Origin: Rhodothermales bacterium
GTDB taxonomy: Bacteria > Bacteroidota > Rhodothermia > Rhodothermales > VXPQ01
Direction of reading: 5' to 3'
Length of the DNA stretch: 64,000 nucleotides
NCBI GenBank assembly: GCA_022821845.1
Contig: JAJECT010000024.1
Span: 2,393 to 66,392, forward strand
The notes under the pieces are model-generated. The model saw nothing but the letters and a program-made list of their open reading frames with translations. It did no database searches and was not told where the DNA came from. Within the stretch, counting starts at the first letter, position 1; each line of letters begins with the position of its first letter. Below, one piece after another: positions 40,385-49,145 of this stretch. The translations under genes and the position numbers were made by a program.

Positions 40385-40643
40385 AAGGATACTCTGATTA
40401 AGTCCACGAAGCTCAGAGGCTTGCGAGGGGTGCGCTGGCAAGGAATGACGAAGCAGCGTGGCAGGCCCCACGTAATGAGGAATGACGCAGCCAGCGTGCC
40501 CCTCGCAACCTCCCGAAGGGCGCGGCACGTCCCTGATGACAGGAATCCACAGCAATTTCTGCTAATTTCAAAGATACAAGCATGACGGCTTTTATGGGCA
40601 ATAGTGACGCGCTGAGCGAAGTGGTTTTAATCAGAGTATCCTT
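40385..40643 (-). mobile_element. MITE-like non-autonomous element, full copy 2 (inverted relative to copy 1)
   Basis: Same TIRs (AAGGATACTCTGATTAAG ... TTAATCAGAGTATCCTT). Collinear with the reverse complement of 11405..11666. Sits between the divergent ppk2 and xylanase starts. Confidence 0.6.
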
Positions 40644-40687
40644 AAGTCCGGCGGAACGAAAACGACGCGCAGGCAATAGGATAAACC

Positions 40688-41809
40688 ATGCCCCGCCCTG
40701 TCCCCGCATCCCCGCCCGACCCCATGCGCCCCGCACTCTCCCCCTCCGCCACGCTCCTGTGCCTCCTTGCACTCTGGATGTACGGATGCAGCGCCGATTC
40801 CGGCATGGACGAAACCGAACCAGACACGAACCGCGATTACCCGGCGCTCAAAACCCTCGCCGTACACCCGGTCGGCGTAGCCATTCAGGCAAGGCATTTG
40901 TCCGAAACGGAACGCACCGCCGTAATCAAAAAGGTCTTCAACAGCATCACGGCGGAGTGGGAAATGAAAATGAACCCCATATCCACCGGGCCGGGCGCGT
41001 ACAACTGGACCGGCGCCGATGCGCTGGTGGATTTCGCCGAGGAAAACGGCATGCAGGTGCACGGGCATACGCTCGTGTGGCATCAAACGGCGCCCTCCTG
41101 GCTGGAAAACTTCAGCGGAGACGACGAAGCCTTCGAGCAGGCCGTCAAGGAATACATTACGACCGTCATACAGCGCTACAAGGGACGCATCGTAAGCTGG
41201 GACGTGATCAACGAAGCATTCGACGATGCGGAGGGCGTCTTGCGCAACAGCGTGTTTCGACAGCGAATGGGCGACGATTACATTGCCCGACTGTTCCAGT
41301 ACGCCCGGGAAGCCGATCCGGACCTGCTGCTTTTCTACAACGATTACGGACTCACCTGGAGCCTGCCCAAGCGGAACGCCGTGATGCGCATGCTTGACGA
41401 TTTTCAGGAACGCGGCATTCCCATAGACGGCGTGGGCTTGCAAATGCACATGGCCTGGGACGGCCCGCCGCTCGAAGAAATTACGGCCACCATAAACGAA
41501 GTAAGGAAGCGCGGCCTCAAACTGCACCTTTCCGAACTGGACGTGCGCATCAACACGGACGGCAGCCTGCGATCCTGGAGCCAAGAGCGAGGCGCCATTC
41601 AGAAACAGCGCGTCAAGGAGGTGGTAGCCGCCTTCAACCGGATTCCCGAAGAACAGCGCTTCGCCATCACCCTGTGGGGACTGCGCGACCCGGACACCTG
41701 GCTCATCGATTTTTACGACCGCCCGGAATGGCCGCTCCTGTTCGATGCGCGACTGCTTCCCAAACCCGCCTACTACGGATTCGCGGAAGCGTTGCAGGAG
41801 GCGCAGTAA
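40688..41809 (+). CDS. endo-1,4-beta-xylanase, glycoside hydrolase family 10 (lipoprotein)
   Basis: Lipobox LWMYGCS. GH10 motifs GHTLVWH, WDVINEA (acid/base Glu) and LHLSELDV (nucleophile Glu). The alternative ATG at 40724 is possible. Confidence 0.9.
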   Translation: MPRPVPASPPDPMRPALSPSATLLCLLALWMYGCSADSGMDETEPDTNRDYPALKTLAVHPVGVAIQARHLSETERTAVIKKVFNSITAEWEMKMNPISTGPGAYNWTGADALVDFAEENGMQVHGHTLVWHQTAPSWLENFSGDDEAFEQAVKEYITTVIQRYKGRIVSWDVINEAFDDAEGVLRNSVFRQRMGDDYIARLFQYAREADPDLLLFYNDYGLTWSLPKRNAVMRMLDDFQERGIPIDGVGLQMHMAWDGPPLEEITATINEVRKRGLKLHLSELDVRINTDGSLRSWSQERGAIQKQRVKEVVAAFNRIPEEQRFAITLWGLRDPDTWLIDFYDRPEWPLLFDARLLPKPAYYGFAEALQEAQ

Positions 41810-41842
41810 AGCCTGCGCCCCCTGCTTTTCAACGCTTTTCGG

Positions 41843-44131
41843 CTATTTCACCAGCAACATGCGGCGGGTCTGCACGAAGGAGGCCCCCGCTTCGATACGG
41901 TACAAGTACACCCCGGACGTAAGCCCGGAAGCGTCGAACCGGACGGTATGCTCGCCCGCCGTCATCGACGCATCGTCCAGCAGCGCAGCCACTTCGCGGC
42001 CCAGCACATCGAATACGCGCAGCGTCACCTGCTCGGCCTGCGGCAACTGAAAACGAATGGTCGTAGCCGGATTGAACGGATTCGGGTAGTTCTGTTCGAG
42101 GGCATGCGTCGTCGGCAGTTCCGAATCCCCTTCCGACGAAGTGACGCCCCCGGGACCGACCATCCCCACGACTTGCCACTGGCTCGGCGTATTCCACCAA
42201 GTATTGTCCACCGTGGGATTGTTGCTCCAGGTGATCTGGTGTACGCGCGGCGGATCGTTCCCCTCCCCGTCTGCGTCGTTCAAGGTGATCGTAAACGGCA
42301 TGAAACGGACTTCGCCCTCGCCCGGGAACGGTTTGGGCGAATCCTCGGGTTTCTGCATAATGGTCGTATCGAAGAAACCCAGGATATTGTACCCTGTCGC
42401 CGTAGAGGCGTACGCCGCGCCGCCGGCCTTCGGCGTGTCGACATCGCTGAACGCGAATGTCCTTGCTTCCGCGTTGGCCTTGGCTCCGTGCGGAGACAGG
42501 CGGAGCTGGTAATCGGGGAAGTTTCCGCGCATAAAGTCTTCGTGCGGAGAGCCGCTCAGAATCGATCCGCCGGCGTCGCGCACATCGTAGCTGCCCCAGC
42601 CGATTTCAATGGAATCGTATTTCCAGGCTTCGTTCTCTCCAATGTTGTCTGGAGCGTAATCCGCCACGTCGTCGATGACCTCCGCGTACACCCATATGTT
42701 TGGAGACAGACCCAGATCGTCGTCCCCTGCGAAATACGCTACCCATACGGAGGCGGAAAGGTCGTCGTTGCTTGCAGGCAAGGTGACGCCGTTCTCGGAA
42801 AGCTGCGAATGCATGTCGTCAACCACGAACGGCATGGACTCCTCGGGAAAACCTTCCTTCGACACCATCCCCGCATTGACCGCATCGAACAACATTTCGT
42901 CCTGGGCAGACGTCAACGACAGGATCGCGGGCGAAACGGCAAGGTTCTGGTTGTCTACCGCCACCGCGCTGCCCGACACGTCCCGATTCTCCACGCCAAA
43001 CTGGCTCAGACTGGTTACCGCATAGTAAAGCGTCGAGCCTTCCACAGAAAACGAATGAGGAATCTCAATTTCGTGCCGCGCCTCGTAAGGAGCCTCGGAC
43101 ACCTTCGCGAGAAAATATACCTCGTCAGCAGTCACATCCGTGATCGGGGCTGCGCTCCAATACACATTGTACCCCCCGAAATCGGGATTGTGGGTCCAGG
43201 AAACCACATTGACGGGGCCGTCGCCGTCGCCCATTATATTGGACATGGCCGCAGGCTCTCCTTTCGCGTCAGAAAGATCCAAGCCCGCCGGGCCGATATA
43301 CACATCGTCCAGATAAATCGGGGCGCCCTCGTCACCAGCCCCTTGCCAGTCCCACTGAATGCCCAGGGCCCGGACGCTGTTCCATTCGAATTCGGTCCAC
43401 AGATCGGGCCGTTGCGCGGTATCCGGCCCCAACAGATCGAGCCCGATCGGGAATCCTCCATTGTTTACCCAGGAACCGGCGTATAGCCACTGGGATTCAT
43501 GTCCCGACAGGGAGCCGTCCTTCTTGCCGGCCTCGAGGTCCGCCCATGTGGCGGGCGGCAGTTGCACCGACACCTTGTGCCATTCCCCGTCGCGCAGGCT
43601 GTCCGCTATGGCCCAGCGCAGGCGGAACTGGTTATTTCCGCCGTCGCCGATATTCTCCCCGTAATCCTCGAGCTGGATCGCAAGGCGGTACTGCTGCACG
43701 ATGTTGCCGCTTGCGTCTGCCTGCGGATTGGCCGGGTCCACCATAATGCGAAAATGGAGGACGTTTCCGGCGTCCCGGTTGGCCGTCAGGTCGTGCGGGC
43801 TGCCTGTGCCTGTGGTGGTGGTATCGTCCGTGACAAAATAAAACCCGTGATACGAGTATTCTCCATGGTTGAGCTTCATCACCTTGGTGCCGCCGCCTTT
43901 CGGATCGTCGACGACCTCGCCGCCAAAGACCGCTTCAATATCGACATTCACCCCATCCACGAAAAAGATGAAGTGATCGTCATCTCTATCGCCCCGCGCC
44001 TGGGCCTGCACCTCGGCGGTATGCGCGACGATGCCCGCGCAAAGCAGAAGCGCGAAAGCGCCTCCGGCATAGCGGGTTAGGGCGTGGCGAAAGGAATGCG
44101 TAGCGCGGCTGATACGGTAACGCAAAGTCAT
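41843..44131 (-). CDS. secreted carbohydrate-binding-type protein with a T9SS C-terminal sorting domain
   Basis: Start refined to MTLRYRISRAT... with a signal peptide ending VQAQA. C-terminus EQNYPNPFNPATTIRFQLP...GVYLYRIEAG...MLLVK is a type-A T9SS CTD. Confidence 0.75.
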   Translation of the reverse strand: MTLRYRISRATHSFRHALTRYAGGAFALLLCAGIVAHTAEVQAQARGDRDDDHFIFFVDGVNVDIEAVFGGEVVDDPKGGGTKVMKLNHGEYSYHGFYFVTDDTTTTGTGSPHDLTANRDAGNVLHFRIMVDPANPQADASGNIVQQYRLAIQLEDYGENIGDGGNNQFRLRWAIADSLRDGEWHKVSVQLPPATWADLEAGKKDGSLSGHESQWLYAGSWVNNGGFPIGLDLLGPDTAQRPDLWTEFEWNSVRALGIQWDWQGAGDEGAPIYLDDVYIGPAGLDLSDAKGEPAAMSNIMGDGDGPVNVVSWTHNPDFGGYNVYWSAAPITDVTADEVYFLAKVSEAPYEARHEIEIPHSFSVEGSTLYYAVTSLSQFGVENRDVSGSAVAVDNQNLAVSPAILSLTSAQDEMLFDAVNAGMVSKEGFPEESMPFVVDDMHSQLSENGVTLPASNDDLSASVWVAYFAGDDDLGLSPNIWVYAEVIDDVADYAPDNIGENEAWKYDSIEIGWGSYDVRDAGGSILSGSPHEDFMRGNFPDYQLRLSPHGAKANAEARTFAFSDVDTPKAGGAAYASTATGYNILGFFDTTIMQKPEDSPKPFPGEGEVRFMPFTITLNDADGEGNDPPRVHQITWSNNPTVDNTWWNTPSQWQVVGMVGPGGVTSSEGDSELPTTHALEQNYPNPFNPATTIRFQLPQAEQVTLRVFDVLGREVAALLDDASMTAGEHTVRFDASGLTSGVYLYRIEAGASFVQTRRMLLVK

Positions 44132-44269
44132 AAGGTCCTCTTGAGGATTATTGTGGAAGGAAAATGCGTAGTGCATGGCTATTTACAATAAATTTACATA
44201 ACATGCAAGATAAATTCATTAAACAGGATTTTTTTTGCGCCCTCCCCCTCGCCACGCCTGGACGAAACC

Positions 44270-46330
44270 ATGAAAAGCCGCCGCGAACGCACACACATCC
44301 AACTGAACCTCCTCCGAATTGCAGGCGCCTTGGCGGCGCTCCTCCTGATCCTTCCGGCGCAGGCGCAAACGCAAGGTTTCTTCCGGGCCGAAGGCACGCA
44401 GATCCTCAACAGGGAGGGCGATCCGGTGGTCATACGCGGCCTCGGACTGGGCGGCTGGCTCGTGCCGGAGGGCTACATGGTGCATATGACCGCCATCGAC
44501 GGCGGCTCTCCCCGTACCATCCGGGCGCAAATCGAAGACCTGATCGGAAAGGCGGGTGCAGACCGTTTCTTCGAGCTATACCGGGCCAACTACGTCGACG
44601 AAAAGGATATTGCGGCCATCGCCGACTGGGGATTCGACCATCTCCGCCTCCCCATGCATTACAATCTGCTCTTCGACCCCGATACGGAAGCGTTCGTCGA
44701 AAGCGGGTTCGAACTCATCGACACGTTCATCGAGTGGTGCCGAAAATACGAAATCGACGTCATTCTGGACATGCACGCCGCGCCTGGCGGACAGAACGAC
44801 GGCCCCATCAGCGACAGCGACGGCACGGCCCGCCTGTGGACGGAACCCGACCCCTACCAGGACCAGCTGGTTACTATATGGACCGAAATCGCCCGGCGCT
44901 ACGCAGACGAGCCGCTCATCATCGGGTACGACCTGATCAACGAACCCGTAACGCCCGACGCCATCGGCGACGGCGTGGCGCAATCGGAAGCCCTGCGCGC
45001 CTTGTACGTGCGCCTCATCGAAGCCATCCGCCAGATCGACAAGAACCATATCCTCTTCATAGAAGGGAATTACTACGCCACCACGTTCCCCCCGCAACTG
45101 GAAAATTTCGCGGACGACAATATCGTCTACGCCTTCCACAAGTACTGGAACGCGACGGACGTGGGCACCATCAACTATCTTCTGGATTTTAGCAAAAAAA
45201 CCGATGTGCCGCTGTGGCTGGGCGAGTCGGGGGAGAACTCCAATCCGTGGTTCTTCGAAGTGACCCGGCTTGCGGAAACGCACGGCATCGGGTGGAACTG
45301 GTGGACGCACAAGAAAATAGCCACGATCACGAGTCCGCTTTCCGCGCCGTTTACGCCGGGATACGTAAACGTGATCAATTACCTGAACAATCCCGAGAAC
45401 AACCCCCGACCGAACAGTCGGGCGGCTGCCGAGGGACTCTTTTCCATGGCCATGGGGCTGGACCTTGATTCCTGCGACGTGCGGCCGGGCGTTCTGGCGT
45501 CGCTGCTGGACCCGAATTACGCCAGGCTCCGCAAACCCTTCAAGGAACATCGCATTCCGGGCGTTATCAATGCCGCGGATTACGACGTCGGACATGCGGG
45601 GACCACCTACCAGGACCGCGATCTCATGCGCGTGGACGGACGAGACGGCGTTGGCAATCAGGGGTACGAATACCGCAACGACGGCGTAGACATCCAGAAA
45701 TCGGAGGACCCGGAAGGATTCGAATATAACGTGGGGTGGATCGAAACGGCCGAATGGCTAACCTGGACGGTGCACGTCGATACGGAAGGAATCTATGACG
45801 TGGAGATTCGCGTGGCTTCGGGAGGCAGCGGCGGCCTTCTGAGCCTGGCGATGGACGGCGAGCGCATCGGCCCGTTTGTCCGGGCGCCCGGCACCGGCGG
45901 ATGGCAAAAATGGACCTCGATATGGCTGCGCGACGTGACGCTGACCGCCGGGGAGCATATCCTGAGGATGAATGTGCGCACCGGGGGCTTCAACGTAAAC
46001 CGGATGCGCTTTACGCTCAAGCAGGCCACTTCCGCCGAGCAAGCCGAGGAAATACCGGAGGGGATGCATCTGGAAGGCGCCTGGCCCAATCCGTTTTCCG
46101 GAGAAGTCCAGCTGGCGTTCCAAACCGACCGGCCCGTACGCGCCCGCCTCGAAATCGTGGACGTACTGGGCCGCACCGTATATGCCCGGGCCCCGGAAGC
46201 GTTCGCAACGGGAACGCACGCCATGGCCCTACGCCCGACGCTGCCCCCCGGCATGTATTTCTCGCGCCTCTTCCTCGATGACGGCAAGCGAACCCACCTC
46301 CTGACGACGCCCCTGACAGCGATTCGGTAA
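44270..46330 (+). CDS. glycoside hydrolase family 5 enzyme with CBM6-like module and T9SS C-terminal sorting domain
   Basis: Signal peptide. GH5 motifs IIGYDLINEP (acid/base) and WLGESGEN (nucleophile). CBM-like segment INAADYDVGHAGTTYQD. CTD WPNPFSGEVQLAF...GMYFSRL. Confidence 0.85.
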   Translation: MKSRRERTHIQLNLLRIAGALAALLLILPAQAQTQGFFRAEGTQILNREGDPVVIRGLGLGGWLVPEGYMVHMTAIDGGSPRTIRAQIEDLIGKAGADRFFELYRANYVDEKDIAAIADWGFDHLRLPMHYNLLFDPDTEAFVESGFELIDTFIEWCRKYEIDVILDMHAAPGGQNDGPISDSDGTARLWTEPDPYQDQLVTIWTEIARRYADEPLIIGYDLINEPVTPDAIGDGVAQSEALRALYVRLIEAIRQIDKNHILFIEGNYYATTFPPQLENFADDNIVYAFHKYWNATDVGTINYLLDFSKKTDVPLWLGESGENSNPWFFEVTRLAETHGIGWNWWTHKKIATITSPLSAPFTPGYVNVINYLNNPENNPRPNSRAAAEGLFSMAMGLDLDSCDVRPGVLASLLDPNYARLRKPFKEHRIPGVINAADYDVGHAGTTYQDRDLMRVDGRDGVGNQGYEYRNDGVDIQKSEDPEGFEYNVGWIETAEWLTWTVHVDTEGIYDVEIRVASGGSGGLLSLAMDGERIGPFVRAPGTGGWQKWTSIWLRDVTLTAGEHILRMNVRTGGFNVNRMRFTLKQATSAEQAEEIPEGMHLEGAWPNPFSGEVQLAFQTDRPVRARLEIVDVLGRTVYARAPEAFATGTHAMALRPTLPPGMYFSRLFLDDGKRTHLLTTPLTAIR

Positions 46331-46374
46331 AGTCTGAGCCGGATCCAATTTGTGACCGCGAATGGTCCAATGGG

Positions 46375-46403
46375 CTTGACAATGTTCGGGAGCAGGTTTA
46401 TAT
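46375..46403 (+). promoter_or_regulatory. sigma70-like promoter candidate for the low-GC two-gene insert
   Basis: TTGACA (46375-46380), a 17-nt spacer, then TATATT (46398-46403), about 50 nt upstream of the ATG at 46452. Confidence 0.35.
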
Positions 46404-46451
46404 TATAAACTCGTTTGAAGGATTTGGGCGGCTTTTCGGATCGTATCTGCT

Positions 46452-48152
46452 ATGAAAAATCTGTTTTTCTTGCTGTCTTCGCTGTTTCTTGTGCTATCCG
46501 TTTCGGACGCCGAAGCTCTGGCCCAAGGCGACGTTACGTTCAAAGGCTCTTTTAATGGCGGTTATTTTCTCCTTGAAATAGCGGGGGGCAAAGCAAAGAT
46601 TAGCAAGTATCCAGGCGTTTATCATAATAATTGCGAAATATGCAATCCCAATGTGTATCCGTGTTCGACTGGCTACGATGGAAAGCGTCGATTAGGCATC
46701 GCAGGCAGCCAATGCAGCCCCTTAACACGCCCTGCATTGTCTGCCGTACAGAAATATTGCACCCAATCCTGCTCTGTTAATTTGGGCGATCCTGCGCCGC
46801 CACTCCCTCCGCCTCCTGCGCCACCCGCTCCACCTGCTCCACCCGCGCCCACTTCTACGCCTAAGCCTACTCCCAAAACGCCCTCCAATGCTTATGTCAC
46901 CTTCTCAGGTTCTTTCGGCGGCGGTTACATTAAAATAAAAATAGCCGCCGGAAAGGCTAATGTCGTTATGTATCCCGGTCGTACGTACACCGATTGCAAA
47001 ATCTGCGAACCGAGCATCTGGGGCTGTTCGGCTGGCACAGACGGCAAGAAAAGATTGGGCACCGGAGGAAGCAAGTGCACCAGTGTCCCGTCTTCCGCAA
47101 TGAATTCTATACGAGCCTACTGCGCTCAATCCTGTTCCATTAGTTCGCAACCACCTATGCCTCCGGAAGAAGTAGTAATTGTTAATAACAATCCTGAAAA
47201 CACATGTGGGGCAACACAAATACCAAATGATTCTGCATCTTCGGGAACAGATTCTGCATCTTCAGGAACGTGTTCTTTTTGTCACGAATGTAGTAAATTT
47301 CGTCAATGCCGAAGGAGAGGCGACGGACCGTTTTACGGCTGTACACATATTGATGCAGCTAAATTGAGAGCTTTAGGCTATGTTTGTTCGGATTTCTGTC
47401 CTTCCGATGATTCTGGCGGAAGTAAACCTGTAGGACATCCCGGAACTGACCCTCTGCCTACCAATCCTCCTTCCCCGCCTGATTCTATTCCTAATTCTGG
47501 TGGTTCCGGTACTCCTTCGGATAGTACTGGCACAGATACTTCAGAAAATAAACCTTGCATGTGCAATGGCCAGGAAGTTGATGAGGCTATTTGCGATCTT
47601 GTCGATGAGCATAAGGAACATACATTTCCTTTCAAGTGCGATCAATTCAGAAATGATCATGGGATGTTCGTACCAAGTGGACCAAAGATTAAAGGTACTG
47701 AGAAAGGAAAACATAAAGGATATGGGCATATTAATTCATCTCTTAAAGTATTATTTGCTAATGTTCAGAATTATTTGGTTAAAAATCATGGTAACATTCC
47801 GCTCAGGGTAACCTCTGGATATCGATGCCCTAAAGGTAATCATGACGTGTACATTAGTCTTAATAATGGTAAAGGAACTGATAAGTATCCTGCCGATACT
47901 CCGTATGATGTCAAGAACCAAGTAAGCCGTCATGTTATTGGTAAGGCTGCAGATATTAGTTCTGCCACTGTCAACGATTCCCGTTGGACTTCCGAAGTAA
48001 AAAATGATATTGTAAAGTATAATCTTCAATTATTTCTTGATCCCAATGATTCTACGGGACAACGAAGCCTTTCTCAATCTCAAATATATTCTAGTACCTC
48101 GCACGTGCATATTGACCTTCCTCGCGGTTCGTACGACCGCACCGCTCGTTAA
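46452..48152 (+). CDS. secreted multidomain protein: two Cys-rich 82-aa repeats + Pro-rich linkers + Cys-rich middle + C-terminal Peptidase_M15A-like (LAS-fold) domain
   Basis: Signal peptide MKNLFFLLSSLFLVLSVSDAEALAQ. C-terminal motifs LRVTSGYRCPKGNHDV, SRHVIGKAADIS and SHVHIDL (H-x6-D ... H-x-H zinc ligands of M15A/VanY-like peptidases). Low-GC codon usage. Confidence 0.8.
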   Translation: MKNLFFLLSSLFLVLSVSDAEALAQGDVTFKGSFNGGYFLLEIAGGKAKISKYPGVYHNNCEICNPNVYPCSTGYDGKRRLGIAGSQCSPLTRPALSAVQKYCTQSCSVNLGDPAPPLPPPPAPPAPPAPPAPTSTPKPTPKTPSNAYVTFSGSFGGGYIKIKIAAGKANVVMYPGRTYTDCKICEPSIWGCSAGTDGKKRLGTGGSKCTSVPSSAMNSIRAYCAQSCSISSQPPMPPEEVVIVNNNPENTCGATQIPNDSASSGTDSASSGTCSFCHECSKFRQCRRRGDGPFYGCTHIDAAKLRALGYVCSDFCPSDDSGGSKPVGHPGTDPLPTNPPSPPDSIPNSGGSGTPSDSTGTDTSENKPCMCNGQEVDEAICDLVDEHKEHTFPFKCDQFRNDHGMFVPSGPKIKGTEKGKHKGYGHINSSLKVLFANVQNYLVKNHGNIPLRVTSGYRCPKGNHDVYISLNNGKGTDKYPADTPYDVKNQVSRHVIGKAADISSATVNDSRWTSEVKNDIVKYNLQLFLDPNDSTGQRSLSQSQIYSSTSHVHIDLPRGSYDRTAR

Positions 48153-48173
48153 CCTCTAACCTTGCTTTGCGCT

Positions 48174-48995
48174 ATGACGACTTTCCTTCGCCTTTTTCGC
48201 TCAGTGATTTTACTGGCTCCGTTACTTCTTTTTGCATCTTCTGCCTTGGCCCAAGAATACAAAATCGGCTCTCCCGACGCTGAAGCGCTCGCGGCAGAAC
48301 TTCATAGCGGCGATACGTATCGTATCGGACAAGCGCTTGATCGTTTTCCGTATTATGAGGATGTTTATGAGAACAATTCAGTGCTTGTCGACATACATCC
48401 TTCCGTTGCAAAAGGTCTTATTTCCGCACTTGATACGCAATTGGATTATCTTTTTTCCGAAGACATAGGCGAAGGAGGTGAAGTTCTCTTTGAATACGTA
48501 ATTACGCCTCTTACTGTGTTTCTTACGCGAGTAGACGACCACGAGGCCATGCCCGTGCTTCTTCGCGCTTCGCAATTTGGCGGCGCCGCTCCACTTGCCC
48601 TTGCAGAATTTGGACCTGATATTGTGCCTATCGTTATTGATTATATCAATTCTCCTGAACGTAATATACCGGAAATTGGAGGTGGTTTTCTTGTTTGCGT
48701 GTCTATTGTTCGTTTCTGGCGCCCTCTGGACGTCAGGACGCACGATACGCTTAAGCAACTTGCGATTAATTATATGCAAGGATACGTTCCAGAACATCTT
48801 GTCGATGATCCTCTGTATTCTTCATTGAAAAGGGACGGCGCTTATCTTGCTTCGGCCCTTGGAGACGCTGATCTTAAAGAGATGGTTATCGGCATGATGG
48901 ACGATCTTAAGGGGTTTGGCGAACTTTATCTCGAACAATGGTACGAAGAGGAAATCGATGCGATCGACAGCGATCGTCTGGAGCAAAACGACTGA
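48174..48995 (+). CDS. secreted helical-repeat (HEAT/ARM-like) protein, candidate cognate partner of the M15A protein
   Basis: ATG at 48174 gives MTTFLRLFRSVILLAPLLLFASSALAQ (signal peptide); the track starts at the TTG at 48162. Alpha-helical repeat-like composition. Same low GC. Starts 22 nt after the upstream stop. Confidence 0.65.
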   Translation: MTTFLRLFRSVILLAPLLLFASSALAQEYKIGSPDAEALAAELHSGDTYRIGQALDRFPYYEDVYENNSVLVDIHPSVAKGLISALDTQLDYLFSEDIGEGGEVLFEYVITPLTVFLTRVDDHEAMPVLLRASQFGGAAPLALAEFGPDIVPIVIDYINSPERNIPEIGGGFLVCVSIVRFWRPLDVRTHDTLKQLAINYMQGYVPEHLVDDPLYSSLKRDGAYLASALGDADLKEMVIGMMDDLKGFGELYLEQWYEEEIDAIDSDRLEQND

Positions 48996-49145
48996 TTTGC
49001 GCCCCCCGGCGTAACCATCTCCCTTTTCTTGCGTATCGCGCAAGAAGGGTCGTGGGCCGGATGGGCTTGCCGTCGAGGAGGCGGCGCCCGTCTCGCCCTT
49101 TTTGGCCCTTCCCAAGGCTTCGAGTAACCCATCTGAACCCCCTTC

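Noticed and set aside
39386-40555. Long form of the ppk2 ORF with a 92-aa N-terminal extension
   Set aside because: The extension is a read-through into MITE copy 2 and contains the pseudo-peptide that recurs in copy 1. Homology to PPK2 starts at MTVATMERDG (ATG at 40279).
46369-49069. 9-bp direct repeat ATGGGCTTG at both edges of the low-GC insert, as a target-site duplication
   Set aside because: A 9-mer shared between two roughly 120-bp windows has a chance probability of a few percent, and no recombinase or terminal inverted repeats accompany it. It is mentioned only as weak supporting evidence in the island finding.
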